Below, in pieces: positions 62,187 to 64,000 of a stretch of DNA of 64,000 nt. This DNA is from Armatimonadota bacterium. Lineage in GTDB: Bacteria; Armatimonadota; Fimbriimonadia; Fimbriimonadales; GBS-DC. The position numbers were made by a program, and so were the translations under genes. Numbering within the stretch: the stretch's first letter is position 1; the number at the start of each line of letters is the position of its first letter. The stretch is from positions 96,653-160,652 of the forward strand of contig JBBIML010000011.1 in NCBI GenBank assembly GCA_037444405.1, read 5' to 3'. The notes below the pieces were generated by a model, which saw nothing but the letters and a program-made list of their open reading frames with translations, ran no database searches and was not told the DNA's origin.

Positions 62187-63812
62187 TCAGGGTGTCAACC
62201 CGCCCGATGATGAGCCTTCCTCGATCACGGTCGCCGTGATGAAGATGAGCAGCTCGCTTTCCACAATCGCGCGGTCTTTACTGCGGAAGAACTGCCCGAT
62301 CAGGGGCAGGTCGCCCAGAATAGGGATTTTGAGCGTGGTGCTGTTGTCCGAGCGGGTCACCAGCCCGCCGATGACCATCGTCTCGCCGTTTTTGATCCGA
62401 CGCACCGTGAACACCGACTGGGTGTCGATGCGTGGCAGCAAGTTCGTTCCCACCTGCACTCGCCCGCTGACGGTTTGAATCTGGGGGGTAAGCGTCAGTG
62501 TAATGGTGCCATCGGCGTTAACACGGGGTACAACGCTCAGGAAAGTGGTCACCGGGATGAGCTGGGGTTGCGTGAAAGTTGTGGGGCGCCCGTTCTGGTC
62601 GAAAATGATGAACTGCTGCTCGATATAGTCGGTGGTGGCGAAGAACACGGTGGCAGGGCTGTTGTTCATCGTAGTGACGACGGGAGCGTTCACCACGCGC
62701 CCACGCCCCTGACTGAGCAGTGTGCGAAGGTTCGCGGCGATATTGCCCGTCGCATAGTTGACAAAGACAGGGGCGCTGCGGTCGGCAAGCCCGCTGGCGC
62801 CTGCGGTGAGGTTAACCCGCGCCAGGTTCCAGTCGATGCCGAACTTTTCGGCGTCGTTGCGGGACACCGTGACAAACTCCGCCCGGATCAGCACCTGTTT
62901 GGGCGCTATATCGAGGAATCGCAGGATTCGGCGGATATATTCGATGGCGTCGGGCGTGCCGCGCACGATGAGGGAGTTGTCCATGTCGTTGGCGACGATG
63001 CCCTCCAGCCCCTCGGGCTGGAAGATGCCAATCGGGCCGCTGGGCTGACCGAATCCGCCCGGTGCGCCCGGACCGCCCGGCTGACCGAAGCCACCACCGG
63101 GGGCACCCGGAGCGCCCGGCTGACCGAAGCCGCCGGGCTGACCGAATCCGCGACCGCCACGACCACCCACATACTGCCCTTCGCCCCCCTCCGCAGGTTG
63201 CGGATTGGGATTAACGCTGGGAGGGGTTGCGTTGTAGGGTATGGCGGGCGTGCCGTCAATCTTCAGGGGCACCGAGGGCGGCGCTATCATGCGGGGCGTT
63301 GTGTCAGCCAGTGTCCGATTGATAAACTCGCGCAACTCGGCAAACGGGTCATCGGTCATCATCTCAGTTTTGATGATGCGCACGATGTCCGAGGCGCGAC
63401 TATGGCGCAACGGGATATGCTCTGTGATGATTTGCGGCTTGGGAGCCGCCTCTGGCGCCGGAGCGGCACTGGACGCCGAAGACTGATTGTCCAGTTTCGG
63501 GCGCAACGGACCTATCACATAGACCCCATTTGCCTCCTTGCGATAGGTTACCCCTGCCGCCTGGCAGATATAGCCCAGCGCCTGTTCGAACGGCTTCTGC
63601 TCCAGCTTCAGGAAACTGATCTTCTTGTAGGGCTGATCAGTGGGTTCGAACACCACCTCCACATTCGCCTGCTGGGCAATCGCGCGCACGGCAGTAATCA
63701 GGTCCGCGTCCATCAGGTTCACGGTGACCCGATCCTCCATGCTCCAGGCACACAGGTTGACCAGAGTGGCAGCCGCCGCTGCCAGTGCCATCCGCTTTAT
63801 CTCCATTTTCAT
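62187..63812 (-). CDS. Secretin (PilQ/GspD family) with STN domain
   Basis: NSLIVRGT..LDIAPKQVLIRAE, GETMVIGGL, KIPILGDLPLIGQFF, ELLIFIT. Confidence 0.93.
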   Translation of the reverse strand: MKMEIKRMALAAAAATLVNLCAWSMEDRVTVNLMDADLITAVRAIAQQANVEVVFEPTDQPYKKISFLKLEQKPFEQALGYICQAAGVTYRKEANGVYVIGPLRPKLDNQSSASSAAPAPEAAPKPQIITEHIPLRHSRASDIVRIIKTEMMTDDPFAELREFINRTLADTTPRMIAPPSVPLKIDGTPAIPYNATPPSVNPNPQPAEGGEGQYVGGRGGRGFGQPGGFGQPGAPGAPGGGFGQPGGPGAPGGFGQPSGPIGIFQPEGLEGIVANDMDNSLIVRGTPDAIEYIRRILRFLDIAPKQVLIRAEFVTVSRNDAEKFGIDWNLARVNLTAGASGLADRSAPVFVNYATGNIAANLRTLLSQGRGRVVNAPVVTTMNNSPATVFFATTDYIEQQFIIFDQNGRPTTFTQPQLIPVTTFLSVVPRVNADGTITLTLTPQIQTVSGRVQVGTNLLPRIDTQSVFTVRRIKNGETMVIGGLVTRSDNSTTLKIPILGDLPLIGQFFRSKDRAIVESELLIFITATVIEEGSSSGGLTP

Positions 63813-63841
63813 GGTGCGTTTCCTCCTCCGTGTGATACAGC

Positions 63842-63871
63842 GAGGGGCTGAGGGGAACGGCTCAGCCCCTC
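63842..63871. other. Intergenic hairpin (RNA processing, stabilisation or terminator)
   Basis: gaggggctgag-N8-ctcagcccctc. Confidence 0.55.
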
Positions 63872-63898
63872 AAATCATGCGGTCGGGCATGGTTTCGG

Positions 63899-64000
63899 TC
63901 AGCGTCCGAAGCCGCCGCCGAAGCCCCCGCCGCCGCGGAAGCCCCCGCCGCCCAGTCCACCGCCGAAGCCGCCAAAACCGCCGCCAAAACCACCGAGACC
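63899..64000 (-). CDS. 3' end of a gene with a Gly/Phe-rich tail (partial)
   Basis: GLGGFGGGFGGFGGGLGGGGFRGGGGFGGGFGR*. Confidence 0.7.
   Translation of the reverse strand, partial: GLGGFGGGFGGFGGGLGGGGFRGGGGFGGGFGR

Overview
GC-rich bacterial chromosomal window with about 57 CDS. It probably comes from a Fimbriimonadales-like Armatimonadota; this is an inference from the scattered H-X9-DG prepilin-like genes and the 'DDADLLxVLF' dockerin-like tails. It is mostly housekeeping: rph, rpoZ, dnaJ, rho, aroC, an aroK-aroB fusion, mqnA/mqnP, pyrK/pyrD, dxr/rseP, nuoD, nuoM, ctaB-coxC-sco and fliK-flgD-flgE. It also carries type IV pilus parts (PilT, pilin, secretin) and three sigma factors. No rRNA, tRNA, CRISPR array, integrase or transposase was seen. 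Most notable: (1) a VapBC-type toxin-antitoxin cassette between perfect 54-bp direct repeats that duplicate the 3' end of mqnA, with no recombinase; (2) a near-consensus sigma54 promoter in front of an alternative sigma70 with an altered region 4, downstream of an ECF sigma and a zinc anti-sigma carrying an STN/FecR-like tail; (3) a bipartite motif shared by the upstream regions of a second ECF sigma and the pilin gene; (4) a bacterial Translin/TRAX-like nuclease; (5) a dockerin-tailed PHM/DBH-like copper monooxygenase; (6) a perfect Rex box before the oxidase genes; (7) many -10 boxes sitting directly before start codons (probable leaderless genes); (8) a frameshift separating a signal peptide from an NHL-dockerin protein.
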